Positions 15,438 to 24,289 of a DNA stretch of 61,812 nt are shown here, in pieces. Below the pieces are notes generated by a model. The model had not been told where the DNA came from and ran no database searches. It saw nothing but the letters and a program-made list of their open reading frames with translations. This DNA comes from a virus. Taxonomy: Duplodnaviria; Caudoviricetes. The stretch's first letter is position 1; every line of letters starts with the position of its first letter. The position numbers and the translations under genes were made by a program. The stretch spans positions 1 to 61,812 of the IMG/VR virus record IMGVR_UViG_3300037264_006254; one strand, written 5' to 3'.

Positions 15438-17674
15438 TGGCGGTATTGAATCCTAGTGTTCCGCGCGGGGTTGGTCTCGAATGGTGGGTCACTCGCCAGC
15501 CGAATTACGTCTTTGGTTCACCGGTTCGAGGTATCGGCGGTGAGATGACTGTCGCGTCAATCATCGACGCGAACCAGCTCGCCTTCTACCAGACCACCGC
15601 GCCCGGAGGTTCTTCTCCCGCTCAGGCCGGCGCTGTGCTTGTTTCCAATCTTGAGAACACGGGTGGGACACAACTAACCGAAGTTTACAACACGTTTGCT
15701 GATTCACTTTCAACCCTGCCCACGTCAGGCTGGCTAGACCTTCCCAACCTTGCGAGCTATGCCACCAATCCAAATGTGTTGATCATTCTTCCGGCAGCTG
15801 ACTTTGCGCGTCAGAACATGACCGGTGTAAGTGATAACACGAACCTTTACGCCAACGTCGATGAGGCGTTCCCCGCGACCACGACCGCGGACAACAATCG
15901 ATTCAATCCAAGCGCGGCCGGCTGCTATTGGAACTGGTTTACGAATAACACAAACGTACGCCGTAAGCTCAGCGGACGTCGTATCGTCGCTGTTCAAATC
16001 ATCGCATCACTACACGCCGGCAATGTCAACTATGCCGCCATCACACCCTACATTGGCATCAATGTTCGAACTCCGAACTACGCCAATCCCGTCGGCTACT
16101 TCCCGGCGTCACCGTGGATTAGCACGGGCATCAACCCGTCCTATTACGTGTCCACCTGGCTCGTCAACCCAGCAACGGGAATCCCATGGTCAATCGCAGA
16201 CATCGAGGCGTTCGCTGCCACTAGCGCCGGTAACAGTGTCTCACTCAATTCACCATTTGGTTTTGCGATTCTCTACTCGACAAACCTGCTCATTTGGACG
16301 GTAGATGAGAATCGCATTGGCCGTGGCTCGGTCAACAACACAACACCGGCCGGGCAGTGGAACACGATGGTGCTCAACACGCCGGACTACTACAACATGC
16401 TCTGGACAGACGAGGCTGACTTCGAGAGCAGCGTCGGCGATTGGACTGGCACCCTCAACTGCTCGGTCACATCGTCGCTGACCTTTGCCAAGGTCAATAC
16501 CCACTCACTACGTCTCTCGTCGACGGCCGGCGGCAACATGACCGCTACCTCTGCCACCGGTACGGGCGGTGTTCCGGTCACGGCCGGCAAGATCTACGCG
16601 GTTGCAGGTTGGATTCGTACCGGTGTTTCGGCGCGAAGCACCGGGTTGAATATTCTATGGTATGACGCGACGGGTGCCTTTCTAAGCACAACCACGGGTG
16701 CGACATCAAACGACTCCACGACCTTTGTGCAGTACAAGGTCACCGGTACCGCACCCGCAAATGCTCGATACGCGGCTGTTCAGATCGCAGTAGCAGCGAC
16801 TGGCGGCGCCGCTGAGCTGCACTACATCGACGCTGTCATGATGATTGCGAACACGAGTGACGCAACGCTTGCCACAACCGGCGGAACCTTTATTGCCGGC
16901 GGCTCAGCACGTGGTACGGTTCCTCTTCTTGTCGGTGAGGTGTTCACAGTCATGCACTCACCGGCGACCAACGCCTCAGCGATCGCGGCTCTCACGGATG
17001 ATGAGTCAACGATGGTTCCGGGAACGACGCAGAACATCTATGACATCGTCACGGACGCTACCGGTCTGATCACTCAGACACCGCAGCTTACAAACGTCAT
17101 CCCAGCGATGCTGATTCGTAGCAGCACCAACACCTATCCCGTCGGCACTCAGCCATACACAGAGATCATCGGCGAAGAGGTATTTGGCGCCGCTGCTGAT
17201 TTCAGTTCACTTGGCACAGTGGTTGAGCAGCTCTTTACCGTTGGCACGGCTAAGGTCTTCGGGGCACTTCAAGTCGTGCTAAGTGCCTCTAATGGGCTCG
17301 TCGATGATCTCATTGTTTACATCAAGCGTGACTCCGATGACGTCATCATGGCAACCGTCACAATTGCAGCAGCCGATCTAGTCGTCGGATCGGAGGACGC
17401 GAAGCAGCGAGTTCGGGTGAACTTCTCACCTGTTTATCTTGCTGCCACCGTCTACTATCTTCAATTTGTAAGTTCATCTTTCGCCCCATGGTACGTGTGG
17501 GGTCTTGACTCAAACGCCACGAACACACTCGGTACGCCGGGCAATGCCACCGGCTACGACGGAGCGACCTCATATGAGACCGCCGGCGGTGTGGTCGCGA
17601 CTGATGCTGATGTCATGGCGATGATCACAGCCGTTCCGCCGGCACCTGATCTCTTCGCGGTGGTGACAATATGA
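15437..17674 (+). CDS. Minor tail protein with CBM4/9-like carbohydrate-binding domain
   Basis: Follows tape measure; DFE...W...SLRL...VPVTAG..Y...W beta-sandwich pattern. Confidence 0.65.
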   Translation: MAVLNPSVPRGVGLEWWVTRQPNYVFGSPVRGIGGEMTVASIIDANQLAFYQTTAPGGSSPAQAGAVLVSNLENTGGTQLTEVYNTFADSLSTLPTSGWLDLPNLASYATNPNVLIILPAADFARQNMTGVSDNTNLYANVDEAFPATTTADNNRFNPSAAGCYWNWFTNNTNVRRKLSGRRIVAVQIIASLHAGNVNYAAITPYIGINVRTPNYANPVGYFPASPWISTGINPSYYVSTWLVNPATGIPWSIADIEAFAATSAGNSVSLNSPFGFAILYSTNLLIWTVDENRIGRGSVNNTTPAGQWNTMVLNTPDYYNMLWTDEADFESSVGDWTGTLNCSVTSSLTFAKVNTHSLRLSSTAGGNMTATSATGTGGVPVTAGKIYAVAGWIRTGVSARSTGLNILWYDATGAFLSTTTGATSNDSTTFVQYKVTGTAPANARYAAVQIAVAATGGAAELHYIDAVMMIANTSDATLATTGGTFIAGGSARGTVPLLVGEVFTVMHSPATNASAIAALTDDESTMVPGTTQNIYDIVTDATGLITQTPQLTNVIPAMLIRSSTNTYPVGTQPYTEIIGEEVFGAAADFSSLGTVVEQLFTVGTAKVFGALQVVLSASNGLVDDLIVYIKRDSDDVIMATVTIAAADLVVGSEDAKQRVRVNFSPVYLAATVYYLQFVSSSFAPWYVWGLDSNATNTLGTPGNATGYDGATSYETAGGVVATDADVMAMITAVPPAPDLFAVVTI

Positions 17675-19494
17675 CAATTCAGAAGGCTCTCATCACGTGG
17701 GAGGCCGACAACATGCTCAGTGAGCAACAGTCGAGTCTCGAGCTGACACTGGGCAATGGCTGGTTAGCCCAGACTAACAACACAGCCACCACGCAGGCTC
17801 TAGCGGCCGCACTTGACGGGACAAAGGTTCTTCAGCTGAGCGCAACCGGCGCCGGTAACATGAGCGTGTGGACCACTGAGCTAGATGATGTGCCCGTTGT
17901 GTCTGGGCTGACCATCTCCGCAAGTGGCTTCTCCAGAACCGCCGTATCGGCGCGCTCAACGCGTCTCAAGATCTTTTTCTATGACAAGAATAGTAACCTT
18001 CTGGGCACTAGCCTGACGGGCACTAGCGTGGCCGACTCAACTACCGTGTGGACTCGTATCACAGTCACGGGAACGATCCCGACCTTCGCCGCCTACGCAC
18101 GTCTTGTCTTCGAGGTGATATCGGCTGGCGGCGCCGCTGAGCTGCACTACCTCGACGTCGTATCTCTGTATGTCGGTGCCTTGACCAGTAACTTTCTTTA
18201 CTACACCGCCGCGCATGTGTCCGCCCCCGACACCGGCCCCACAGGTCTCTCACTCAGTGGTAACATGGATCTGCAGGCAGAGATCGCACTACCTGACTGG
18301 ACACCTGGAACAACCACCGAGGTGATTGGGAAATTCAATGCGACAGGCAACCAGCGGTCGTATTTGCTACGAGTCACGACGGGTGGACTGCTCTCGTTCT
18401 TGTGGAGCAACAATGGCACAGCAGTCAACACGATCAACAGCACACTTGCTGTGCCGATTTCTAACGGTGAGCAGCTCTGGGTACGAGTTCTCTTCGAGGC
18501 AAGCAACGGTGGTAACAACATCGCCAAGTTCTACTATTCATCCGATGGTGAAACATGGACCCAGCTTGGCACGACGGTCACGACCGCCGGTGTCGCCACA
18601 ATCTTTGACAGTACCGCGCTCTTCACCGTCGGCTCTCAGGACGGCACCACCACCGGTGCAATGGTCGGTGGTCGGATCTACAACGCACGCGTCTATGCTG
18701 ATCTGCTCATGGTTGACGAACGTGCGAATTGGAGCATGGAAAGTCTCGCCCTCACGGCGACGACTGTCACTGACGCCTACGGCAACATCCTCACGCTGAA
18801 CGCTCCCACCAACATCCTCTCTGAGTGGGAGGTCGGAACTGGTGATGTCTTCGACTTCTACTCGATCGAGCGCAGTGATGACACGGAAGGTTACCTGCCC
18901 ATTGCCGCCATCGATTCCATGCTGGTTACGTCGTTCGATGACTGGGAGGGTAGGCGCAACACACTTGCCTCCTACCGCATGCGAATCATTCTACAGGACG
19001 GGTCCGCCAGCGCCTACACGGAGATTGACACCGCTGAGTCGCTACTCGAGTTTTGCGGCTACCAGTTCACAACGAATGAGGACCCGACTCTCAATCTCGA
19101 GTACTTCGATGAGCCCGATCGCGTTTATGGATTCCCGGACCCAGTCGAGGAGTGGGAACTCTACAATCGTGACTATGCCGTCGTTTACCGTGGTACGGAA
19201 AACCGGGGTGATGTCTTTACGATCGATCTGTGGCTCTACATGAGCGGAACACCAACTGCCTACAACGTGCCCACAGCGCTCACGGGACGTCAAGCCTTCG
19301 CGGCGTTGAAGACCCTTGTGCAGGCTCGCGTTAGCTATGTGTGTGTGCTCGATCAGGATGGCAACCGCTGGCTAGCTGCCCTGTTGATGGACGGCTCAAA
19401 GGCCACGCGAAAGGAACCGAGCGGCAAGTATCTCTTCCCTGTTCGCGTTCGTCAGACGAACATCCTTCCAAGCACGCCATCAGTTGACCCGTGA
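17671..19494 (+). CDS. Minor tail protein with CBM-like and LamG/concanavalin-like domains
   Basis: N-terminal domain is paralogous to that of the previous gene (GGAAELHY.D); FYYSSDGETWTQLG motif. Confidence 0.65.
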   Translation: MTIQKALITWEADNMLSEQQSSLELTLGNGWLAQTNNTATTQALAAALDGTKVLQLSATGAGNMSVWTTELDDVPVVSGLTISASGFSRTAVSARSTRLKIFFYDKNSNLLGTSLTGTSVADSTTVWTRITVTGTIPTFAAYARLVFEVISAGGAAELHYLDVVSLYVGALTSNFLYYTAAHVSAPDTGPTGLSLSGNMDLQAEIALPDWTPGTTTEVIGKFNATGNQRSYLLRVTTGGLLSFLWSNNGTAVNTINSTLAVPISNGEQLWVRVLFEASNGGNNIAKFYYSSDGETWTQLGTTVTTAGVATIFDSTALFTVGSQDGTTTGAMVGGRIYNARVYADLLMVDERANWSMESLALTATTVTDAYGNILTLNAPTNILSEWEVGTGDVFDFYSIERSDDTEGYLPIAAIDSMLVTSFDDWEGRRNTLASYRMRIILQDGSASAYTEIDTAESLLEFCGYQFTTNEDPTLNLEYFDEPDRVYGFPDPVEEWELYNRDYAVVYRGTENRGDVFTIDLWLYMSGTPTAYNVPTALTGRQAFAALKTLVQARVSYVCVLDQDGNRWLAALLMDGSKATRKEPSGKYLFPVRVRQTNILPSTPSVDP

Positions 19495-20681
19495 CCCAGG
19501 TTTCGACTCTCACCGCCGATGACATTCTCGACCTTGCCTACAACGTGGGTGAGGTTCAAGCGACGCAGCGATTCATTCTAAAGAATCAATACCTTCAAGA
19601 GATCGGTGAGCTGAATCCGGTCGCATCATCAAGCATCACAATCAACGCCAACATTGACCAGGCAATCAAGCGTACTCTTCAAGGGTTGCAGCTTGACCCG
19701 GTTGATACGAGCAACATCAATGTCATCAGCGATCGTGTAGAAGTTCGTTGGGTGATTGCTGCGCCGGCCGGAGAGGTGGAGTACCCTGCGGGCACATTTC
19801 TCTTTAGCGACTCAAACCGCCCTCGTACATCATTTGGATCATGGATGAAAGGCACGATGTATGACCAAACCGTGGTGATCAATCAAGGGATTTATGGGAG
19901 CTTTGCCGTGAACACCGGCGCGCTCGTCATGAGTCAAATTTCCTACCTTGCCGCACAGGTTGGTTTCGTTGAGGACATGATTGAGATTGACCTTTCGAGC
20001 GTAGCAACGATCGCTCCCATTGCTTGGAAAAGCGGTACGAGTCGCTACAAGATCATGTCAGAGCTGTGCCAACTTGGTGGTTATTACCCGCCATACTTCG
20101 ACAACCGGGGTATTCTCCGTATTCGTCGTGCACCGGCTACCCTTGACGACGCCGTTGTTGATCATCGCTATAACGCCTATCAGAGTCGAATGATCGCTGA
20201 CACGATCGTAGAAAGTGACGATCTTATTGATGCACCTAACCGGTACGTTGTGCTGAATACCGGTGCGACGGCGACAGAAATTGTCGGAGTCTATGATCTT
20301 CCCGACGCGGCACCACAGTCCTACTTCAACCGTGGTTTCTATGTGGTGAAGCAGATCGATCATCAGGGAATCGAAAGCGCAGACCAGGCGAACTTGCTCG
20401 CGCGGCAGGCCGCGTACACTGACTTCGAGAACTACAGTTGGGTTACTTTTGACGGTACACCAGACCCACGTCACGATCTTTTTGACATCGTGGAGTACCT
20501 CGGCAACATCTACTACGAGGTAGGTTGGAAGCTCAAGCTGAGTCCCGGGGGTCCACATAGCCATCAGCTTCGTCGCGTCTACACGGATGAGCCTGCGGTG
20601 ATCACACCGCCGGTCATCTACGGTTCCTTCCTCTTGGACAACGCTACATTCGGGCAAATTGGACACAACAGGCTCAGTTAG
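19491..20681 (+). CDS. Minor tail / baseplate hub protein
   Basis: YFD.RG.L, PNRYVV and PDPRHDLFDIV motifs of actinophage minor tail proteins. Confidence 0.65.
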   Translation: MTQVSTLTADDILDLAYNVGEVQATQRFILKNQYLQEIGELNPVASSSITINANIDQAIKRTLQGLQLDPVDTSNINVISDRVEVRWVIAAPAGEVEYPAGTFLFSDSNRPRTSFGSWMKGTMYDQTVVINQGIYGSFAVNTGALVMSQISYLAAQVGFVEDMIEIDLSSVATIAPIAWKSGTSRYKIMSELCQLGGYYPPYFDNRGILRIRRAPATLDDAVVDHRYNAYQSRMIADTIVESDDLIDAPNRYVVLNTGATATEIVGVYDLPDAAPQSYFNRGFYVVKQIDHQGIESADQANLLARQAAYTDFENYSWVTFDGTPDPRHDLFDIVEYLGNIYYEVGWKLKLSPGGPHSHQLRRVYTDEPAVITPPVIYGSFLLDNATFGQIGHNRLS

Positions 20682-20688
20682 GGATCAC

Positions 20689-21141
20689 ATGCCCTCAGTT
20701 AAGACAGTAGACAATGGTATGACTCTCGACCCGGCGGCACGTCTCGCAGTCTCCGATCATGCACCGGCAGAGTGGCTTCCACTCGTCACACTGAGCATGC
20801 GTGGGCAACAATGGGCTACACCGCTTGGCATCGCAGAGACACCGGTTCACGCGCGTGTTGATGCCGGCCGCTGGATCGCCGAGTGCGCCGGTTGCGACAC
20901 GGCGTCTTGGGTCACACCGACCGACCCGCGCCTGTGGTGCACTGAATGCGAGAACGTTCGGGTAATGGGACGTTGGGTGCCGGTGCAGTTTCCTCCACCG
21001 GCATTGCGCGAAGAGTGCGAACGTATTCTTGCTGTTCGTACGCCGGCGGAGCAATTCTGGTTTCCCGACCGCGAGACCGCGATCGATCTAATGGGTGAGA
21101 ACGTCGGACGACTTAGTCTTCCACCGTTTGAGGGCTATTGA
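20689..21141 (+). CDS. Hypothetical protein with two CxxC motifs
   Basis: GRWIAECAGC...LWCTEC. Confidence 0.6.
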   Translation: MPSVKTVDNGMTLDPAARLAVSDHAPAEWLPLVTLSMRGQQWATPLGIAETPVHARVDAGRWIAECAGCDTASWVTPTDPRLWCTECENVRVMGRWVPVQFPPPALREECERILAVRTPAEQFWFPDRETAIDLMGENVGRLSLPPFEGY

Positions 21142-21692
21142 TGGCGACGACTTTTGCCACGCCCAAGACCTGGGCTCTTGGAGATGTTCTCACGGCCGCG
21201 GAGATGAATCTCTACGTTCGTGATAACACCTCATGGCTGGGAACGGACAAACCAATGGTGCGCGTCGTTCGAACAACGAGTCAGGCCGTCACGTCGAGTG
21301 TTGAAACACCAGTTATCTTCGATTCACAGGCATCGCCGTTTTATGACAATCAGAATCTGTGGGATGCTGGGACGCCAGATCGCTTTACGATCCCTGCGGG
21401 AATGGCAGGCAAGTATCTTATGGTGGGCGGTTTGGCATTTTTTGCCCTTGCTGGTACAAGTCGTATCGCATTCTGGCGTCTTGGTACCACACCGGGTGTT
21501 GGACAGATCGGACGTGTCTCAGTCACGGGAAGTTCCATCACAGAAACACAAGAGTGCACGACCATCTATGACCTTGTTGTCGGCAACACCATGCAGTGGA
21601 CGGGGTATCAGGATAGCGGTATTGGCTTGGCCTTTCTTGCAGACGGCTATGCCTCACCCCTCTATGGCGCCATGGTTTGGTTGGGCACCTGA
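21141..21692 (+). CDS. C1q/TNF-like tail-tip protein, paralog 1
   Basis: PKTW..GD.L...N.Y.RDNT.WLGTD.P N-terminus; FD...D...W...RFTIP..G.Y C1q-like pattern. Confidence 0.65.
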   Translation: MATTFATPKTWALGDVLTAAEMNLYVRDNTSWLGTDKPMVRVVRTTSQAVTSSVETPVIFDSQASPFYDNQNLWDAGTPDRFTIPAGMAGKYLMVGGLAFFALAGTSRIAFWRLGTTPGVGQIGRVSVTGSSITETQECTTIYDLVVGNTMQWTGYQDSGIGLAFLADGYASPLYGAMVWLGT

Positions 21693-22225
21693 TGTCTACC
21701 TCCTTCATTGCGCCGAAGACCTGGGCGGTTGGTGATGTGTGGGGCACCATCGACATCAACACCTACGTTCGTGATAACACTTCGTGGCTAGGAACGGATA
21801 GGCCACTTTGTCGAGTACGCCGCACTACCGATCAAGCCGCCGCAGTCAACACTCCGACACCCATTTCATACGACACGATTGTTTTTGACACACAGCATAT
21901 GTGGAACTCACTCAACCCCACGCGTTTCATCGTACCGACGGGCTTGGATGGCAACTATTTGCTGATCGGGCAAGTCAAGACATCATCCGGAGCCGGCACA
22001 GTCAGATACGCCTATTGGGAGAAAAACGATGCGATCCCCGGGGTTCAACGCGTCGCGGTTCAATCACTTAATCAGAACAATCAAGACCAACAGGCAAGCA
22101 CGATGGTCCGCCTTTCAAGTGATGACTATGTACAGTTCCTAGTTTTTTCAGATGTTGCTGTCAACGCCCAGGGTGATACCGCCGTTACCCCAAATGTAGC
22201 CTGTCTTGCCTGGATGAGCACCTAA
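21692..22225 (+). CDS. C1q/TNF-like tail-tip protein, paralog 2
   Basis: Same architecture as paralog 1; TGATG overlap. Confidence 0.65.
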   Translation: MSTSFIAPKTWAVGDVWGTIDINTYVRDNTSWLGTDRPLCRVRRTTDQAAAVNTPTPISYDTIVFDTQHMWNSLNPTRFIVPTGLDGNYLLIGQVKTSSGAGTVRYAYWEKNDAIPGVQRVAVQSLNQNNQDQQASTMVRLSSDDYVQFLVFSDVAVNAQGDTAVTPNVACLAWMST

Positions 22226-22767
22226 TGGCGACGACCTTTACGACCCCAAAAACCTGGGCCTTCGGTGACGCACTAACCGCCGTTGACACCAATCTTTACA
22301 TTCGTGACAATACGAAATGGCTTGGTACGGACAAGCCAGCATGCAGCGTTAAGAGAACATCGGTGCAAACTCTTACCACTAACACGGAGACTGGCATCGA
22401 TATGACCACCTCTGTGTATGACAATCAAAACCTTCATAGCACCGTCACGAACCCATCACGCTATACGATTCCAGTGGGAATGGGTGGTAAGTATCTTATG
22501 ATCGGTGGGCTAGTATTCGTGCCGAACGCGACCGGCTACCGGGTGGCGTATTGGCGCATCAACGGTGGCGGCACGCTTGCCGGTCGTATTGACCTTGCGG
22601 GATCTGCGACAACACAGCACATGATCTCAGACGCTATCTATCAACTTGCCGCCGGTGACTACGTCGAGTTCAATGGCTTTCAAACCTCCGGCGGAGGCTT
22701 GGATGTACAGGCTGACAACACCACTACGACCGTGCTAGCCGCTACATTGACCTGGATTGGAACCTGA
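22225..22767 (+). CDS. C1q/TNF-like tail-tip protein, paralog 3
   Basis: Same architecture as paralog 1; TAATG overlap. Confidence 0.65.
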   Translation: MATTFTTPKTWAFGDALTAVDTNLYIRDNTKWLGTDKPACSVKRTSVQTLTTNTETGIDMTTSVYDNQNLHSTVTNPSRYTIPVGMGGKYLMIGGLVFVPNATGYRVAYWRINGGGTLAGRIDLAGSATTQHMISDAIYQLAAGDYVEFNGFQTSGGGLDVQADNTTTTVLAATLTWIGT

Positions 22768-23486
22768 TGTCACCTCTAAAGCCGTCATCAGCGACCAAGC
22801 TCAGCCATGAAGATCTCGTTGCGATTGCCCGTGCGACGGCCAAGCTCGCGGGCGGTGGAAACCCATCTCTCCAACCTGGCACGGTCGTCGGCTACGACAA
22901 CACCCGCGGCGACACGCAGATTCATCTTGATGGTGATGAGGCTGGCTCAGTCATGATCGCATCCAACCTTACCTCGAGCTTTCTATTCGGGGGCCAACGC
23001 GTTATGATCGCGTTCTACCCACCACGGGGTACCTTTGTCATTGGGATGATTCCGCCGGTCGCCGGAGCGGGAACCTGGACGAACAGCCAGAGCATTCCCA
23101 TCAACGCGTACACATCGATCTCATGGCTGACTGAGCTTCAGGATTCGAGTGGCTACATCAACACGGTGACTGCTCCGACCTTAATCACGATCCCTCAGGG
23201 GATGGCCGGCACCTACGCCGTAACGTTCACGGTCTTCTACTCAGTCTGGGTCAGTGCGACGGTCTCAGGCTGTGCGCTCGCTGCCATGGTCAATGGCGCC
23301 AGCATCGCGACCACTCCCTACCGCACGAGCACCGGTGGTACGGGGCAGGCTGTGCTCACATTCCTCCGCCAGTTTGCGTCAGGTGATGAGATCCTCTTCC
23401 AGGCACGTCAAGACTCAAGCAACCCGACGACAGGTGATTTCCGTCTCGAGTTGATTCGTCTCGTTCCGAGTCTCTTCCTTGAGTAA
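22767..23486 (+). CDS. Minor tail protein (spike-like N-terminus plus C1q-like C-terminus)
   Basis: GTVV...LDGD...GQRVMI....VIG N-terminus; ITIPQGMAGTY...F.SGD.I C-terminus. Confidence 0.5.
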   Translation: MSPLKPSSATKLSHEDLVAIARATAKLAGGGNPSLQPGTVVGYDNTRGDTQIHLDGDEAGSVMIASNLTSSFLFGGQRVMIAFYPPRGTFVIGMIPPVAGAGTWTNSQSIPINAYTSISWLTELQDSSGYINTVTAPTLITIPQGMAGTYAVTFTVFYSVWVSATVSGCALAAMVNGASIATTPYRTSTGGTGQAVLTFLRQFASGDEILFQARQDSSNPTTGDFRLELIRLVPSLFLE

Positions 23487-23525
23487 GGTACAGTCAGAAG
23501 CAACACGCTTTCTCGGAGGATTCAC

Positions 23526-23834
23526 ATGAATGACGTCATCCAACTCACCCCACAAGTCGTTGCCATCATCGCCGGAGTGGTGATCCCCATCCTTACCGGA
23601 CTCGTGACGAAGCTCGGCACCTCCTCAAAGACGAAAGCCGTCATCGCCTTCGCGCTCTCTGCGATTGCCGGCGCTCTTGCCCCAGTCATTGCTAATGGTG
23701 ATTTTGTCGCACAGACATTTCTCATCTCGGCCGCCACGGTCTGGGTCATCGCTACCGCCACCTACTTTGGCTTCTACCAACCGACGGGTACGACGGACGC
23801 TGTACAAGCTAAGACTCAGAACTTCGGCATTTAA
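23526..23834 (+). CDS. Holin
   Basis: 102 aa, three hydrophobic segments, G.VIP.LTGLVTK and Y.G...PTG motifs of actinophage holins; GGAGG SD. Confidence 0.75.
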   Translation: MNDVIQLTPQVVAIIAGVVIPILTGLVTKLGTSSKTKAVIAFALSAIAGALAPVIANGDFVAQTFLISAATVWVIATATYFGFYQPTGTTDAVQAKTQNFGI

Positions 23835-23852
23835 GAGACCTCTGAGAAGATC

Positions 23853-24227
23853 ATGCTAGCCGAAGCCCCACAAGTCATCATTGATGCCGGTGCCATCGCA
23901 CTGGCGATTACGGGCATCATCACTTGTGTTGTGCTTCTCTCACGTCTTCGTATCGTTCGATGGTTCGTTCGAACTCTTGTTGGCACCCCAACGTCTCGAT
24001 GGTTCCGAGAAAACGTCAAACATGTGATAGCCGAACACTATGATGATGTCATCGCCCCGAAAGTCGCGGACCTTACTAGTGGGCTTGAGTATGTGTCATC
24101 AGAGCTGAAGACAAATGGTGGCACCTCAATCCGCGACGTGGTGCACCGTACCGACAAGACTGTCCATGAAATTCAGAAGACACTCACTCACAATGCAGAA
24201 CGACTCGACACTCTTGAGCGTCGTTGA
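23853..24227 (+). CDS. Membrane protein (lysis-cassette associated)
   Basis: N-terminal TM segment; EL..NGG.S..D motif common in actinophage genes next to holins. Confidence 0.6.
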   Translation: MLAEAPQVIIDAGAIALAITGIITCVVLLSRLRIVRWFVRTLVGTPTSRWFRENVKHVIAEHYDDVIAPKVADLTSGLEYVSSELKTNGGTSIRDVVHRTDKTVHEIQKTLTHNAERLDTLERR

Positions 24228-24233
24228 ATCTCG

Positions 24234-24288
24234 GACCGGCTCGAGCGGGTGTCGGTCCGTCCCCCGCCCAGGCGCCCGCTCGCCGGTC
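24234..24288. terminator. GC-rich hairpin between convergent gene blocks
   Basis: GACCGGC..GAGCGGGTG / CGCCCGCTC.GCCGGTC inverted repeat; no strong U-tract. Confidence 0.55.
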
Positions 24289-24289
24289 T

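Noticed and set aside
21141-22767. Diversity-generating retroelement acting on the three paralogs
   Set aside because: No reverse transcriptase seen and no near-identical template/variable repeat pair with adenine-specific differences
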